Shown here: positions 29,400 to 42,723 of the stretch, one piece after another
Position numbering within the stretch: position 1 is the first letter of the stretch
Layout: each line of letters begins with the position of its first letter
Source of the DNA: Eledone cirrhosa
Taxonomy: Eukaryota
Assembly: GCA_964016885.1 (NCBI GenBank)
Contig: OZ024749.1
Location: forward strand, 36,828,001 to 36,892,000
Direction of reading: 5' to 3'
Length of the DNA: 64,000 nt
Made by a program: the position numbers and the translations under genes
Notes under the pieces: generated by a model
Told to the model about the DNA's origin: nothing
What the model saw: only the letters and a program-made list of their open reading frames with translations
Databases searched by the model: none

Positions 29400-29493
<94 letters not shown>

Positions 29494-29565
29494 GGGGCTT
29501 CCAACAGTAATGGTTGCATTTTTTAAGGGTATGTCAATATTTATTTATAAAACTGATCTATATTA

Positions 29566-29630
29566 TATTTTATCTCATGAAAGCACACCATAATTTAACT
29601 TGGTGTCCTTGAAATATGTATAATGAAATA
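29566..29630 (+). ncRNA. Hammerhead homolog of 10578 with mutated core (CTCATGA)
   Basis: TATTTTAT-CTCATGA-AAGcACACCA...TGGTGTcCTT-GAA-ATAtgTAT-A-ATGAAATA. Confidence 0.7.
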
Positions 29631-29829
29631 AATATGGTTTTATAAATATAGTTTCCATTTGTTAATATCGTATATATATATATTTATTTATTAAAATAAC
29701 AGATTAAAGTTTAAGCAAAGAATCGCTGCTTTATTTTAATAAATATTTGCTCTACGGTTCTTATATATTTGATATATATTTATCCTTATCGAGCCCTCTT
29801 TGGATTTTAGTCTTCAAATTTATTATTAT

Positions 29830-29873
<44 letters not shown>

Positions 29874-30507
29874 GGAAAAAATGAAACGAAATTTCATTTC
29901 CCACTCTTAGTACGGCTGTTACTTAAATATAAGTATGTACACGTACATACATATATGTATACAGACGTACAGTAGTATGTATATACATATACATATACAT
30001 ACATGCACACATATATATATGTACGTATGGATTCACCGAACATTTATTATAATGCTCGGTGTGTTTGTAAACAAACATCCCGTATTAAGCCGTAGTGTCT
30101 AGCAACCATCGTTGCTCGTTTGTTCAACACTGACAAAGGAACGCTGTACAGTTTCAAGCTTATTAGCTATCGTCAACAACGTATACCTTCCTGCCAGATT
30201 GTTGAACGTATATACTTACCTTATGCATATTAACGGCTGAGTAGCCCAATTTGCATATCAAGTGGGTTAATATATATATATATATACACAATTTAGTACA
30301 GCATCATCGAAGCTCTGGTTGCAGCCAAGCTAACGAATGCAGTTGGGGTGTGCAGCTAAGCACTCAATAAGGTATATTACCTTAGAGTTATAACATTACG
30401 TTTAGACAGCTTTGCAAATTGAAGACGGTGACCGATAGACGAGCCGCAGTGACCAAAGCGACGAAAAAAAACTGAACTCAGGAAAATCTGTATATATATA
30501 TATATAT

Positions 30508-31085
30508 ATGGTGGCTGCCAACTCGTTTTCAAGTATGGCCACTACTTTATATCCATGTAGGAGAACCCCTACCGATGCGCTGAACGAGTGTGACTTTTTA
30601 GTCCAGCCAGCGACTTGAAAACTCTGGTACAAACACTACACTTGTGACAATTATTGACACATAATGCTGGGCCCATGGTACCATGTGACGACAAGTGCAG
30701 AGAGATCTCCAGATATAAAGCAATGCCTGTGCCGTGAAGCTTTTATAGTGAGCAAAGGCACTGCACAAAGCCAGTCCCACTCTCTTAACCAAGATGATAT
30801 TTACCAAAAAGAAGAACAAGTCAACATCATTGGATACCATCAGGGTTGCAGGTGTTATATCAGAGTTTTCCTTCTCCTAGAATTCTGCCTTGGCAAAGGC
30901 TAAGGGGTCATCTCTCCCGGTGATTTTGGATGGCCATTGACTCTTAAGAGCTCCTTTGCCCTTTGACAGGTTTTGTTTTTAGTCCTGCAGGATGTCCAAA
31001 GTCACCCTCCTCATCAAGAAATCTTGGTGGGGTTGCCAGTTTAGTCGCCAACGACCCGACCATGAGACAGGTTGTACTGGGATAC
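30508..31085 (-). mobile_element. Family A, longest copy (~580 bp); possible non-autonomous RTE-related retroelement
   Basis: Contains the other three copies and extends further 5'; no LINE ORF recognised; both ends in TA repeats. Confidence 0.7.
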
Positions 31086-31318
31086 ATATATATACATACA
31101 TGCAACTCCACCACCCTTATCCCTCCGCGCACAGACACACAAGGACTGAGAAGGTCACAGAAGAGGGTAGAACTCGATACAAGTTTAGGTACAAATATAG
31201 AGTAGATATGAAGATATACTCGGCATAATCCGAACAGAGGGTCCTCTTCCCTTTCACATTTCGGCTATCAGTGTCCTTGGAGTTATTAGACACACACACG
31301 CACACACAGAGACAGACG

Positions 31319-31359
<41 letters not shown>

Positions 31360-31898
31360 TTAAGAACAACAGAAACACAATTTTGATGTATATATATATA
31401 TATATATTCATAATTTTATTCTTGTTTTTTTTCTCTTTATTAGGATAAAATTTAATCTGGTGTTTACCAAGTATCATCGTATCTCAAGTAAGTCACTGTT
31501 TATCTTGGTTTATTTGGGTTTATAATGGTCTAGATTCTATATCAATCTAAATAAAATATTAAATTAATATAAATATCACTTAATATCACTTAATATGGCT
31601 TCCAAGTGTGTGTTTTGTTGTTTATGAACGGATCTTAGGTGCGACTCAGCATCTATATTTGATGATTATTTTGTTGTTATTGTTGTTGTTGATGTTGTTG
31701 TTGTTGTAGTTGATGTTTTTCAGTATATATGTTTGATGATGCTGTTCTTTTTTTTTGTCGTTGTTGTTGCATTTGTTGTTGTTGTTGTTGTTGTAGTTGT
31801 TGTTGTAGTTGTTGTTGTTGTTCATTTATCCACACAAAGATGACCCTTGAACAAGCCGAGCTATGAAGACCATACCAATTTTATTTGTTAATATATAT

Positions 31899-32130
31899 CA
31901 GTGGATCCCAACCTTTCCACTACTAGCGACCACCCCCCACACTTTTATTTAAATGAATTTTCCCACAGACCCTCCTCACACCTACAATTACTCCCTTCCC
32001 AGATGGATAGCTAACGATTAGTATGTGATTGTATTATGTTTGTAATAAAATGCTTGAAGATTTGAACTTAGATAAACCCCTACCATCCCGACCTCTGTAC
32101 AACGTTTAAGGACACTAGTTTGGGAACCGC
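31899..32130. mobile_element. Possible hAT/Charlie-like MITE
   Basis: CAGTGGATCCCAAC ... TTTGGGAACCGC imperfect TIRs. Confidence 0.45.
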
Positions 32131-32224
32131 AAATGTATAGTGTGTCTAAGACTACATTATCCAGTTTGTTCCTTCTTGTTTTTTTTGGACGGCTGGGTGT
32201 GGGTGTGTGGACTGAGGAGGGTCG

Positions 32225-32478
32225 AGCAACTATTTTTATCAAGTCTCACACTGAGCTGGAATTCCATTTAGGTGCAAGCAAAACACCCCATTTCACATCG
32301 CTCTAGCATACTCAGCTGAAAATGCGTACATGCACTAGCTGTGGGTTTAACCCCGTGATGGACTGGCAGACTGTTCAGGAGGGGGTGGGATGGTCTTCTA
32401 CTGTCAGTCGCTTATCACCACAGAAATTGGGATAAGCACCGACCTGATGAGGCTCTGGGCTTCAGACAGACTTTAGAT
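32225..32478 (+). mobile_element. Degenerate SINE, same family as 43421
   Basis: Shares CTCAGCTGAAAATG...AACCCYGYGATGGACTGGC...GGGATAAGCACCGAC...AGACAGACTTTAGA. Confidence 0.75.
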
Positions 32479-32871
32479 GGCCGTGTGGCTAAGTTTCTGG
32501 ATTCAGTCTCGCTGCGAGACACATCTTGTATACTATTGACCAATGACCCAATGACGTAAAAAACTAAGAATCAGGGTCGGTATGGTCAAATAAAATCACA
32601 GAAGTGCCCTAGTATGGATGCAGTGTATTGACAGAAACTAGCAAAAAAAAAAAATAAAATGAATGGTGTATCTAAGAATACATTATCCAATGGGTCAAAT
32701 GGATGTGTGTGAATTATTTCTATCCGAGCCACAATGTTAAAAAAAAAAAAAGGAAGGAGCTTGCTTTGCAAAACAACGTGTTTGTGGGTTCGATTCGTCT
32801 GTGTAACCAGAATTTTACTTATAACGTCTGGGTGGAGAATGGTGGCCAGAAAACTGCACGGGAATCCGTCT

Positions 32872-32903
<32 letters not shown>

Positions 32904-32906
<3 letters not shown>

Positions 32907-33093
32907 CGAAGGAAATGTGGTAAAGAACCAGGTGGACCATAACACACCAAAGTACTCAATACTTAGGGTAGTAGAGTGGGTAATAGGAACAAGTAAGACC
33001 CCGACGGCTGAGCTCAAGCCGTTTCGACGGCTAATTCTGTACAGAATTAGCCGTCGAAACGGCTTGAGCTCAGCCGTCGAGGTCTTACTTGTT

Positions 33094-33098
<5 letters not shown>
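32904..33098. mobile_element. Family B cassette with fold-back
   Basis: Palindrome centred on GCTAATTCTGTACAGAATTAGC; both ends in (TA)n. Confidence 0.9.
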
Positions 33099-33144
<46 letters not shown>

Positions 33145-33435
33145 TCAACGATTAACGTCCATCTTTCACGCTACCATGGGTTGGACGGTTTTGTCCCACT
33201 TAAGGCGAGATTGGTCAGGAGACCGTGTCTCGCTCGTACATACTTTATTAAGGTATCGATACTTATGAAATACATAATGATCTTGTCCTCAATAAAAAAA
33301 AGATCAATGAATTTTAGTTCAGAACGTCAATTATACAAGTTTAATAGATAATGAGGAGGAACACTCAACATTTTCTACAAATATATAGAGCAAATAATAT
33401 GTAGGAAAATATACATAATTTATACTAATTTCATA

Positions 33436-33567
33436 AATCTCCATATGACCGTTTCGTAAAACCAAAGAGCAACGCAACCTATCGATTTAACTAACAGATT
33501 TATCGATTACCAACTATTGATTTTGGATAAATCATCAAAGACAATATTTTACTCATTAGTGGAGATT
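33436..33567 (-). ncRNA. Degenerate type I hammerhead with ~100-nt stem II region
   Basis: Minus: AATCTCCA-CTAATGA-GTAAAA...TTTTAC-GAA-ACGGTCAT-A-TGGAGATT; 8-bp stem I; G5-to-A change. Confidence 0.7.
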
Positions 33568-33603
33568 GTCTCTTAATATATGCCTCACTGAGTACAAAAT
33601 AAT

Positions 33604-33771
33604 TGTTTCTACTTTAGGCACAAGGCCAGCAATTATCCCAGTGCATTACTGGTACTTTATTTTATCGACCCCGTAAGGATGAAAGGCAAAGTTAACCTCG
33701 GTGGGATTTGAACTCAGATCATAAAGGGACGTAACTATGCTGGAAAGCATGGCGTCCGACCCTCTACCGAT
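33604..33771 (-). mobile_element. Nin/Deu-core SINE with exact 17-bp TSD
   Basis: ACTGAGTACAAAATAAT at 33587-33603 and 33772-33788. Confidence 0.9.
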
Positions 33772-33965
33772 ACTGAGTACAAAATAATGAGGATATATCT
33801 GATAAGAGGAAAGATTTTAAATCGCGTCCACATGGTGTCGAGACAACACGCACGCATGCACGCACGCACGCACGCATGCACGCACGCACGCACGCATGCA
33901 CGCACGCACGCACGCATGCACGCACGCACGCACACACACACATTTATATATTATCTTTATTATAT

Positions 33966-34018
33966 ATAGATATGACTTCTACAGGAAACAGTTCTAGTCC
34001 TGTAGAAGTCATTTCTAT
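33966..34018. repeat. Minimal fold-back of the 1331/1738 hammerhead family
   Basis: TAGATATGACTTCTACAGGA aacagttctag TCCTGTAGAAGTCATTTCTA in TA context. Confidence 0.8.
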
Positions 34019-34110
34019 TAATATATATAATTAAGATGCTTATACGCTACCAACGTATTGAGTACTTTTATTAACTATGGTTACCCCACCGACTCCACTC
34101 AGGCACCTAC

Positions 34111-34178
<68 letters not shown>

Positions 34179-34284
34179 AGATAACTCGTGTGGCACTATA
34201 GAAAAGAGTGTAAGATTCGAACCATGTAACGTCATAGAAATAGCCGTCGACACGGCTTGAGCTCTGCCGTCATACTTACTTTTT

Positions 34285-34333
<49 letters not shown>

Positions 34334-34467
34334 ACATATTTATACACACGTACATACGTACATATATAACTTAATATGGTTGAAGTCGAGATAAATGATG
34401 AAAGATTAAATAGAAGGAGAAAGAGAATAAGACAGAGGGAATAGGAAAGTGGATGAGAGAGGGATAT

Positions 34468-34559
<92 letters not shown>

Positions 34560-34644
34560 AGAATATTTTGGATTAGACCGGAAACAGACCAAGGCGATAT
34601 CTATATGATTTGAATTAGTTCCATCTTTTTACTCTCACTGTATA

Positions 34645-34805
<161 letters not shown>

Positions 34806-34837
34806 CATACACACTATATATATATATATATATGCAT

Positions 34838-34877
<40 letters not shown>

Positions 34878-35288
34878 CGTTTTTCTCTCTCTGTCTCCTT
34901 AGTTATAGTGCGTGTGTCTCTGTGTGTGTGTTTCTGTGTATGTGTGTGTTGTCTGTGTGTCTCTGTGTGTGTATATGTGTGTCTATGTATGTGTGTGTCT
35001 GTGTGTGTGAACATATACAAAGAAGGACAGACAGAAAGACGAGAGATATGTTGTTTTATGCCGTCGTCTTACTCCAGGGGTTATTCCAAGGTCTATTTGC
35101 TATATGCAGTGCTACAGTAGTACACTGTTAAGAAAACCCAATCAACATACTCTATGTTCTTAGCTAATTAATCTTCTATTTGTTATTACAATTCATTAAT
35201 ACTTCACTGATATATTATTTCTGGGGATTCTGGTGGTTTCGCTTTTGGCTTTTGACTCGTTGCATTATTTTTCTTTGGTTTGTGACAT

Positions 35289-35399
<111 letters not shown>

Positions 35400-35468
35400 A
35401 AAAAGAGATGAAATCGAAAATGCAACTGGAGTCCTCTTTTAAAAAAAAATATATATATTTATTTGGTT

Positions 35469-35506
35469 CCTTTACCGGTTTCGCAGTTCTTCTGCTTTTC
35501 AAAAGG
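35469..35506 (-). ncRNA. Minimal hammerhead, U3-A8 variant (mirror copy)
   Basis: Exact rc of 35579-35616. Confidence 0.8.
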
Positions 35507-35578
35507 TGAGTTGAGATGGAGGGTCTGTGGTTTTTCTCTCAGATGTGAGAAAAACCACAGACCCTCCATCTCAACTTA

Positions 35579-35616
35579 CCTTTTGAAAAGCAGAAGAACT
35601 GCGAAACCGGTAAAGG
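35579..35616 (+). ncRNA. Minimal 38-nt type I hammerhead, U3-A8 variant
   Basis: CCTT-TTGAAAA-GCAG aagaa CTGC-GAA-ACCGGT-A-AAGG; stems I and II perfect, stem III palindromic. Confidence 0.82.
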
Positions 35617-35747
35617 AACCAAATAAATATATATATTTAAAAAAAAAATAAGACTCCAGTTGCATTTTCGATTTCATCTCTTTTTCTTTATACTTTCACT
35701 CGTGTAGGACACCTCGGTTATTTTTCATTTTGTAAAAAAAACCTCAC

Positions 35748-35809
<62 letters not shown>

Positions 35810-35855
35810 GAAATAACAGGATGCTGGACTGGTGTAAATCCTTGAAAGGTTTATT

Positions 35856-35913
35856 ATACTATGATCATTTCAATGACCGGGTTCCATATGAATCCGGTGA
35901 TATCATCAGGTAT
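35856..35913 (-). ncRNA. Type I hammerhead with palindromic stem III
   Basis: Minus: ATAC-CTGATGA-TATcACCGGaTTC atatg GAAcCCGGTcATT-GAA-ATGATCAT-A-GTAT; cassette 35806-36085 has relatives at 59192-59372. Confidence 0.82.
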
Positions 35914-36846
35914 TGGAATATAACAAAGGAATATGTAAAAAGCCATGGGTCCGAAAAATCAGAGACAGAGAGGACGAAGATGGGTGAACTGCACTGCTGC
36001 GTTGAGTACTCTTCACAATATTACACCAGGATTGACCATACGGAATGACCAGTTCTATCCAGTGGTGAACCAACAAACCTAAATATATATATATATATAT
36101 ATAATTATATATTCGTGTACAGATATTTTTGCATACACATACGGTTTATCGTCATTGTTACTGCCGATAAGCCACCCAAAGAGTCCCACTACTTTTGGCA
36201 CAAGGGTAGTCAACGGTTCGGCGATTTTTTTCACTAAAACTTTAAGCCAACATTCCCAGTTGCTGTAATATTCTTTTACTGGCGTTAAGCGGTGATTTCA
36301 TTCTATCTTGGTACATAAGCGAGGCAAGCCAGCCCAGGTTTAACAATTGCACTTGAGAATACCTTTCCGACGGTCGGCTTATTTTTCAATCAGTATGTGT
36401 CATTTACTAATTTTTTTGCTAATAATCCTGAGACATTCCCACTTACCCCAGTTGCTTTGATATTTTTTTGCAATACTTCCTGAGACATAATCACGTATTC
36501 CCCAACCGCCAGGCTTCATTTTGAAGGTGCTCTGCATTTCGGACAGACAATACAGTGCAGAGGGGCGGGATAGTGTTAAGGCAAACTGTTTTAAGTTAAG
36601 TCGACAATTGTAGTTGTTGAGGCACAGTAGAAAGGCATAGGGTTAAGGACTGATGCATACACTTACGGTGGTTCGACAATCGGTCACAACAAACCTATTA
36701 CCCAAGTGAGTTTTAGACTGAAAACTATTAACCGCTTCTACATCAACTAACCTAAGCATGAACAGATACACAAACTTACGAGCCCCCCTTGCACCTGGTT
36801 TTCTGCATCCACAAGTTATACGTCGTTGTTTAATATATCCTAGGCT

Positions 36847-39800
36847 ATGCCCCCAAAGAAGAGAGTTTGCTTCGGAAGAAAAACGCCCTTTTCAAAAAAG
36901 ATTGCAAAGGAGGAGAGCAAATGAAGTTGCTATTAGCCCATTGCAAAACGATGCATCAACACCCACTGCCCGAACTGCTGAGAGTGACGGACAGCGTGAC
37001 CTTAGACCGACAACAAATGATTTATCAGAAACCGACGTCCGATCTGCAGAGAATGACTAGTGTGTCCTGCGAAAAACATGAAGTGCTGCCTTAAAAGCCG
37101 CTGCCCGAGCTGCTGAGACTGCAGAACAGCGTGCCCTACGTCTACCAAAAAAAACTGCATCAACTGCTGCCACCCGAGCTGCTGAGAGTGCAGAACAGCG
37201 TGCCCTACGTCAAACAGAAAATGTTGCGTCAACTGCTGCCACCCGTGCTGCTGAGAGTGCAGAACAGCGTGCCCTACGTCAAACAGAAAATGTTGCGTCA
37301 ACTGCTGCCACCCGTGCTGCTGAGAGTGCAGAACAGCGTGCCCTACGTCAAACAGAAAATGTTGCGTCAACTGCTGCCACCCGTGCTGCTGAGAGTGCAG
37401 AACAGCGTGCCCTACGTCAAACAGAAAATGTTGCGTCAACTGCTGCCACCCGTGCTGCTGAGAGTGCAGAACAGCGTGCCCTACGTCAAACAGAAAATGT
37501 TGCGTCAACTGCTGCCACCCGAGCTGCTGAGAGTGCAGAACAGCGTGCCCTACGTCAAACAGAAAATGTTGCGTCAACTGCTGCCACCCGTGCTGCTGAG
37601 AGTGCAGAACAGCGTGCCTTGCGTCAGGCAAGAGATGCTGCATCAACTGCTGCCGCCCGAGCTGCTGAGACCTCCGACACCCGACGGGATTGCCTAGAGA
37701 GTATCGCTCAGCGTAGAACTACTCCGCAGAGTCTTTCAAGGTCATGTAGTTCAAGATTGCTACTAGAAGCATTTGAATATAGGCCCGACAGCGATTATGC
37801 TAACCATCCAGACATGTCAATTTCCAGTATGCGAGATACTTGCAAATTTTGCTCTGCGAATAGGTGGCCAGGAGAACAGCCAACATGTGTTGCGCAAGTG
37901 GAAAGGTCAAATTACCCGCTCTAGAGGATCCGTCCCAGCCATTGCAGCTGCTTCTTACAGGCACAACCCCAGAATCAAAGCATTTCCTAAGTAATACGAG
38001 AAAGTACAACTGTGCCTTTCAAATGACTTCTTTCTGGGTGAATATCGTCAGGGAAGGTGGGTTTATGCCTACGTTTAAAGTCCAGGGGCAGGTTTACCAT
38101 AGGATAGGACCACTTCAGCCCGTTGCGAACCAAGAGCCTCAGTTTCTTCAACTGTACTTCGTTGGCAGCCACCAAGAGCAAGCGACAAGACGAAACACTA
38201 AATCACCCGGCACTAATTTCGAGCTGATATTGCAACTCCAAGAGATGTTACATGCAGAAAACAGTTATGTGCAAACTTTTAAGTATGCGTTAAAAACAGC
38301 ATCACTCCCCAATTTTAATGCTGACAAGCGGCAATCTGGAGAGCATGCTGGCTGCTATAATACGCCTACATGCAACGAAATCGCCATTGTGCTTGAAGAT
38401 GAGCAGCCAAATCCAAGGGACATCGTTCTCACGTGTCGCGGCAACACTCTTAAGCGAATCAGCGAAACCCACAGATCCTACGACGCGCTACAATACCCTT
38501 TGCTCTTCGTGAATGGAGAAGACGGTTACCATTTGGGCATTCACCAGCGTAATCCCCACAGACCAGACGAGTGCAGCTTAAGACATGGACTGTTAGAAGA
38601 CGGCGCACAGTGGAGAAGCTACGCTCGCGGAGGCTGCCGTTTCACAGTCGCCGAAAAGTCGCAGGGCTCTCTTTGCAGTGCTTCTGCGTCTCTCTGTAGT
38701 TAAAGTATAGAGATGCCTTGGCGGAAGACTTTTACCATCAAGCACAATTGCGGTATCCAAGCTTTAATGCTGCTAGTGACGACGTCTACAACTGTGTTTT
38801 GATTGACGTGGAAAACAGGACTGTTTCACTGGGTGGGAATACTTTGCCAACGTACGGGCTCCCGAAACCAGTACGGACAGGGACGGATTACCTTCCAACA
38901 GAGCTCATTCGCGGAACAGCCTATGATATTGACGCTCTTGCCCAATACGTCCGTGAAACAGAGCCAAAACTCCTTCCGGGACAGCAGCGGGCCTACAACA
39001 CTATTTTCGACCATGTGCGAAACCGGAAAGGGGGAATCTTCTTCCTAGATTCACCTGGAGGGATAGGTAAAACGTTTGTAACTAAGCTTCTTCTAGCCAA
39101 AGTGAGGCAGCACACGGACATTGCGTTAGCCATGGCCTCCTCTGGTATTGCTGCAACTTTGTTACCCGGCGGTAGGACAGCGCATTCAGCCTTTAAGCTC
39201 CCCCTGAACTTGGCAACATCCGAAACACCGCCCTGCAACATTAGCAACACTTCGGACAAGGGACTGGTTCTACGAAGTTGTCAGCTCATAGGATGAATGT
39301 ACCATGGCCCATAAACGAGCTCTGGAAGCTCTAGACACTACTTTGCAAGACATCAGAGACTGCCAGTCTGCGATGGGAGGTGTCACCTTCTCCTATCCGG
39401 CGACTTCCAACAGACCCTTCCCGTTATTCCCTATGGAACCAGGGCAGATGAAGTCCGGGCGTGCCTCAAGTCCTCTCCGTTGTGGCAAAAGGTAACAACG
39501 TTGACCCTGACATCTAACATGAGAGCCCAACTGCACGGCGACCAACTGGCAGCAGAGTTTGCTTCGGATATTTTGTCACTTGGCGATGGCAAGATTCCCT
39601 CGATAGAGATAGCGAATTGTCACTCAGTCCGATTTGTACCATCGTCACACAATCGAGGACCTCAAGGCTCAAGTGTTTCCCAGTCTTCCTGATAACTACC
39701 AAGACATGAATTAGTTATGCGAAAGAGCTATTTTAACTAAAAAAAAAACAGCACAGTGAACGCTATCAACGAGCAACTGTTGCAATCTCTTCCCGGAAGG

Positions 39801-40357
39801 CTGCATATTTACAAGTCTGTCGATACAGTCCCCGACCAAGACCAAGCGGTAAACTACTCTGTTGAATTCCTCAATTCGCTAGAACCTCCTGGACTGCCTC
39901 CTCATAGACTGGGACTAATAATTGGAACTCCAATAATACTTCTTAGGAATTTGGACCCTCCAAATTTTGCAACGGCACACGCCTGGTTATAAAGAAGGTA
40001 ATGCAGCACGTCGTTGAAGCCACCATTATTTCAGGGTGTGGAAAAGGAGAGGATGTGTTCGTTCCCAGAATACCACTCATTCCATCAGGTGCAGAAATTC
40101 CGTTTACCTTCAGACGCCTTCAATTCCCGCTTCGCATAAGTTTTGCCATGTCTATCAACAAGTTCCAGGAGCAGATACTTTCGGTGGCAGGACTTCACTT
40201 GGAAGAATCATGCTTCTCACACGGTCAGCTATACGTAGGATGCTCCAGAGTGGGGAGCAAAGGAAGTCTTTTCGCGTACACTCCACGTGGGAAAACAAAG
40301 AACATTGTCTACCAAGAGGTTTTACGCCAAGATGCCATGTGTGTTCAAACGGACTAA
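36847..40357 (+). pseudogene. Helitron RepHel coding region, disrupted
   Basis: Probable start MPPKKR; helicase motifs FFLDSPGGIGKTF, ASSGIAATLLPGGRTAHSAFKLP, LLRNLDPP, QFPLRISFAMSINK and FSHGQLYVGCSRV spread over several frames. Confidence 0.88.
37112..37663 (+). repeat. Eight 69-bp tandem repeats encoding 23-aa AESAEQRALRQTENVASTAATRA
   Basis: Unit starts at 37112, 37181, 37250 ... 37595. Confidence 0.95.
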
Positions 40358-41589
40358 ATCAAGGTAAGGTTTTATACTACTGCCCCTATACAATTTCGAA
40401 TTTACACCTTCATATTACCATCCTTCCTTCAATCAGGTATAAGTCAGGAATTTGGAAACAACCACAGGCAGAAGGAATGACCAGAAAGAGCTCGGATGAA
40501 ACCTTCCACAGTTTTCCACTACATCAAACAGCCACTGCTATATCCTCCGCAGATTAACACGTTGTAACCAATGTCAATGTTACTGCTGCTACATAGGACT
40601 CCCATTACCACTGAACTTTCACCTTTGTGTTTTACGTTTCCATCTGCAGGCCAACATGGAATGGTCTTCATGGTAGTCAGTTTATTGAGGGAGAAACAGA
40701 AGGGTCTCGAATTTGCCGTCCCCAAAAAACCCATTGACAATAACGAAAACCGCTAACATCCACGCAGAATGATACATTGTAGGTCGCTTTAACCCGTCTT
40801 TTATTAATCAAAAAACTTCTTGCCAATAAACATTAACCCATTGTGCGCCATTCATCTAACTGTAGACCAACAAATACCAACTAAACGGAACGTTGACAAG
40901 AACGATGGCGAATGAATCTTCGAGGTAAGCAGTTTCCTCCCGAGCTGTTAGTTCACGGGGGATTCTCTGCTACACCTTTTCATAATAATACCAAACAACG
41001 TACTGCTGGTCACTCTTTCTTCCAAAAGCCGTACAAAGCGGATATGTGCATCGGGCAGATGGATCGGGTGCAAATCTACACCAGGCCTACGTGTGAGAAA
41101 TTCGCAAGGGACTGCACCGAGAGGGATAGAGAGAAAGAGTAACTTAGTGGAAAGAGTGCGAATGAACTTTTGAGGTAAGTAGCCTACACCTTACTGCTAT
41201 GACACTGGAATCTTCTGCCAACTTAAACTGTGACTTTCTCTTTCACATTTACTCCAATAGGCCAAAACAGAGTGGAAACGCCGGGTGAGGGGGAGGGGGA
41301 AACTGTCAGAGAAGGAGTATGAAAAGAAGGGGATCAACAATATTTCTATGAACAATGCACGTAGACAGCTAAACTGTACTTTCAACTTTTTAATTTTCTC
41401 CAAATAAAACAAGTTTCCTGTCGGTATATATTCGTGAGTTTTTAACAGGCACTCACAAATAAACGTTTCTCATTGGAGGTGCTATTACCAATGTTCTTAC
41501 CCGTGCAACGCCGGGATACACTGCTAGTATATATATATATATATATATCAATCCTTTACCGATGTTAGGGAATTGAACATGTTTTGTGG

Positions 41590-41760
41590 CACATAATGTC
41601 GCTTTACGTTCTGAGTTCAAATCCTGCCGAGGTTAGCTTCGCCTTTCATCTTTACAAGGTCGATGAATTAAAGCACCAGTCATACACTGGGGTCGATTTA
41701 ATCGACTTTTCTTTCTCTCCAAATTGCTAGCCTTGTGCCTATAGTAGAAATCATAATTAT
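41590..41760 (+). mobile_element. Nin/Deu-core SINE
   Basis: TTACGTTCTGAGTTCAAATCCTGCCGAGGTTAGCTTCGCCTTTCATC...GTCGAT; further copies at 44745-44920, 59595-59770, 61290-61515 and 61535-61675. Confidence 0.8.
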
Positions 41761-42409
41761 TGCTGTTGTTGTTGTTGTTATTTCTGCTTTAAACATGCCA
41801 CAAAACTAACGAAAGTAAACCAACCAAGCGACGTTATTCAATTATTTTCTCTGTGACGTCTATTGTTATATTTTACACCTAACGTTTATTGCTTGACTCC
41901 TACTTTCACTTTCACACCCCTCTACCTTTATATACATTCTTTCTGTTTGTTTCACCTTCTTCCTCACTTCCTCCTTGTCAACGTGCGACTCAATGGAGGA
42001 GAAACATCTCTCCTGTGTCAGAAACACTTGTGTTCGCCACGCTACACCACACCACAGTTCGACCAGGTTGGGTTGGGAATGGCTGGGTTGGTCTGGGCTG
42101 GGTTGGTCTGAACAGGGCTGGGCTGGGAAGAGAAGAGCTGCTGTTGATCTGTAACAAGATCAATAGCAGCTAATCAGAAACACTTACCGGTCAATCAATG
42201 GTGATCAAAACCAATCAGGGATAATTATTCAACTGTCCGGCGCTTTGAAAAGAGGCCTCTTAGCAACAGCAACAACAACAGCAACGACTACGATGACAGC
42301 AACAACAAAAACAGTATCAGTAATGAGAAAATTAAAGATACATGGTGGCCAATTGACCTGCTAGAAATAGCAGCCATATCACACATTGCTGTCATTTAAA
42401 TAGAGGATA

Positions 42410-42676
42410 TCATTGGTGGTGGTGGTGGTGGTGATGATGATGGTGATGGTGGTGGTGGTGGTGGTGATGATGATGGTGATGGTGGTGGTGGTTAAGATCA
42501 AGAAGAAGCAATGATGAGAACACAAGAGAAGAGAATTGAAGTGAAGTGATGTCAGATACAGATGTAATGTCAGGTGATATCGTGTGATGTGTGGCAGAGA
42601 GTCAGCTTGGTGGAACATCGGAGAAGAGCAGACAATATGTGATGAGGAAGGGGATGATGATGATGAGAATATATAG

Positions 42677-42723
<47 letters not shown>

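Larger units (their letters stand above)
36100..41527 (+). mobile_element. Helitron, internally deleted and pseudogenised
   Basis: RepHel motifs (CCASGKV, YNCAFQMTSF, QGQVYHRIG, YDALQYPLLF), PIF1-like helicase, and 3' hairpin CCCGTGCAACGCCGGG followed by CTAG|T. The 5' boundary is approximate because it lies in (TA)n. Confidence 0.93.

Noticed and set aside
31035-31085. HDV-like ribozyme at the 5' end of family A
   Set aside because: P2-, P3- and P4-like pairings are visible but there is no room for P1'; it cannot be fitted by eye.
32444-32470. CTGATGAG as a hammerhead core
   Set aside because: No GAAA, stem III or stem I follows; it is part of a SINE tail whose homolog at ~43665 reads CAAATGAG.
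37002-37697. ORFs 37131-37697 (+) and 37002-37646 (-) as genes
   Set aside because: Alternative frames of the 69-bp Helitron repeat.
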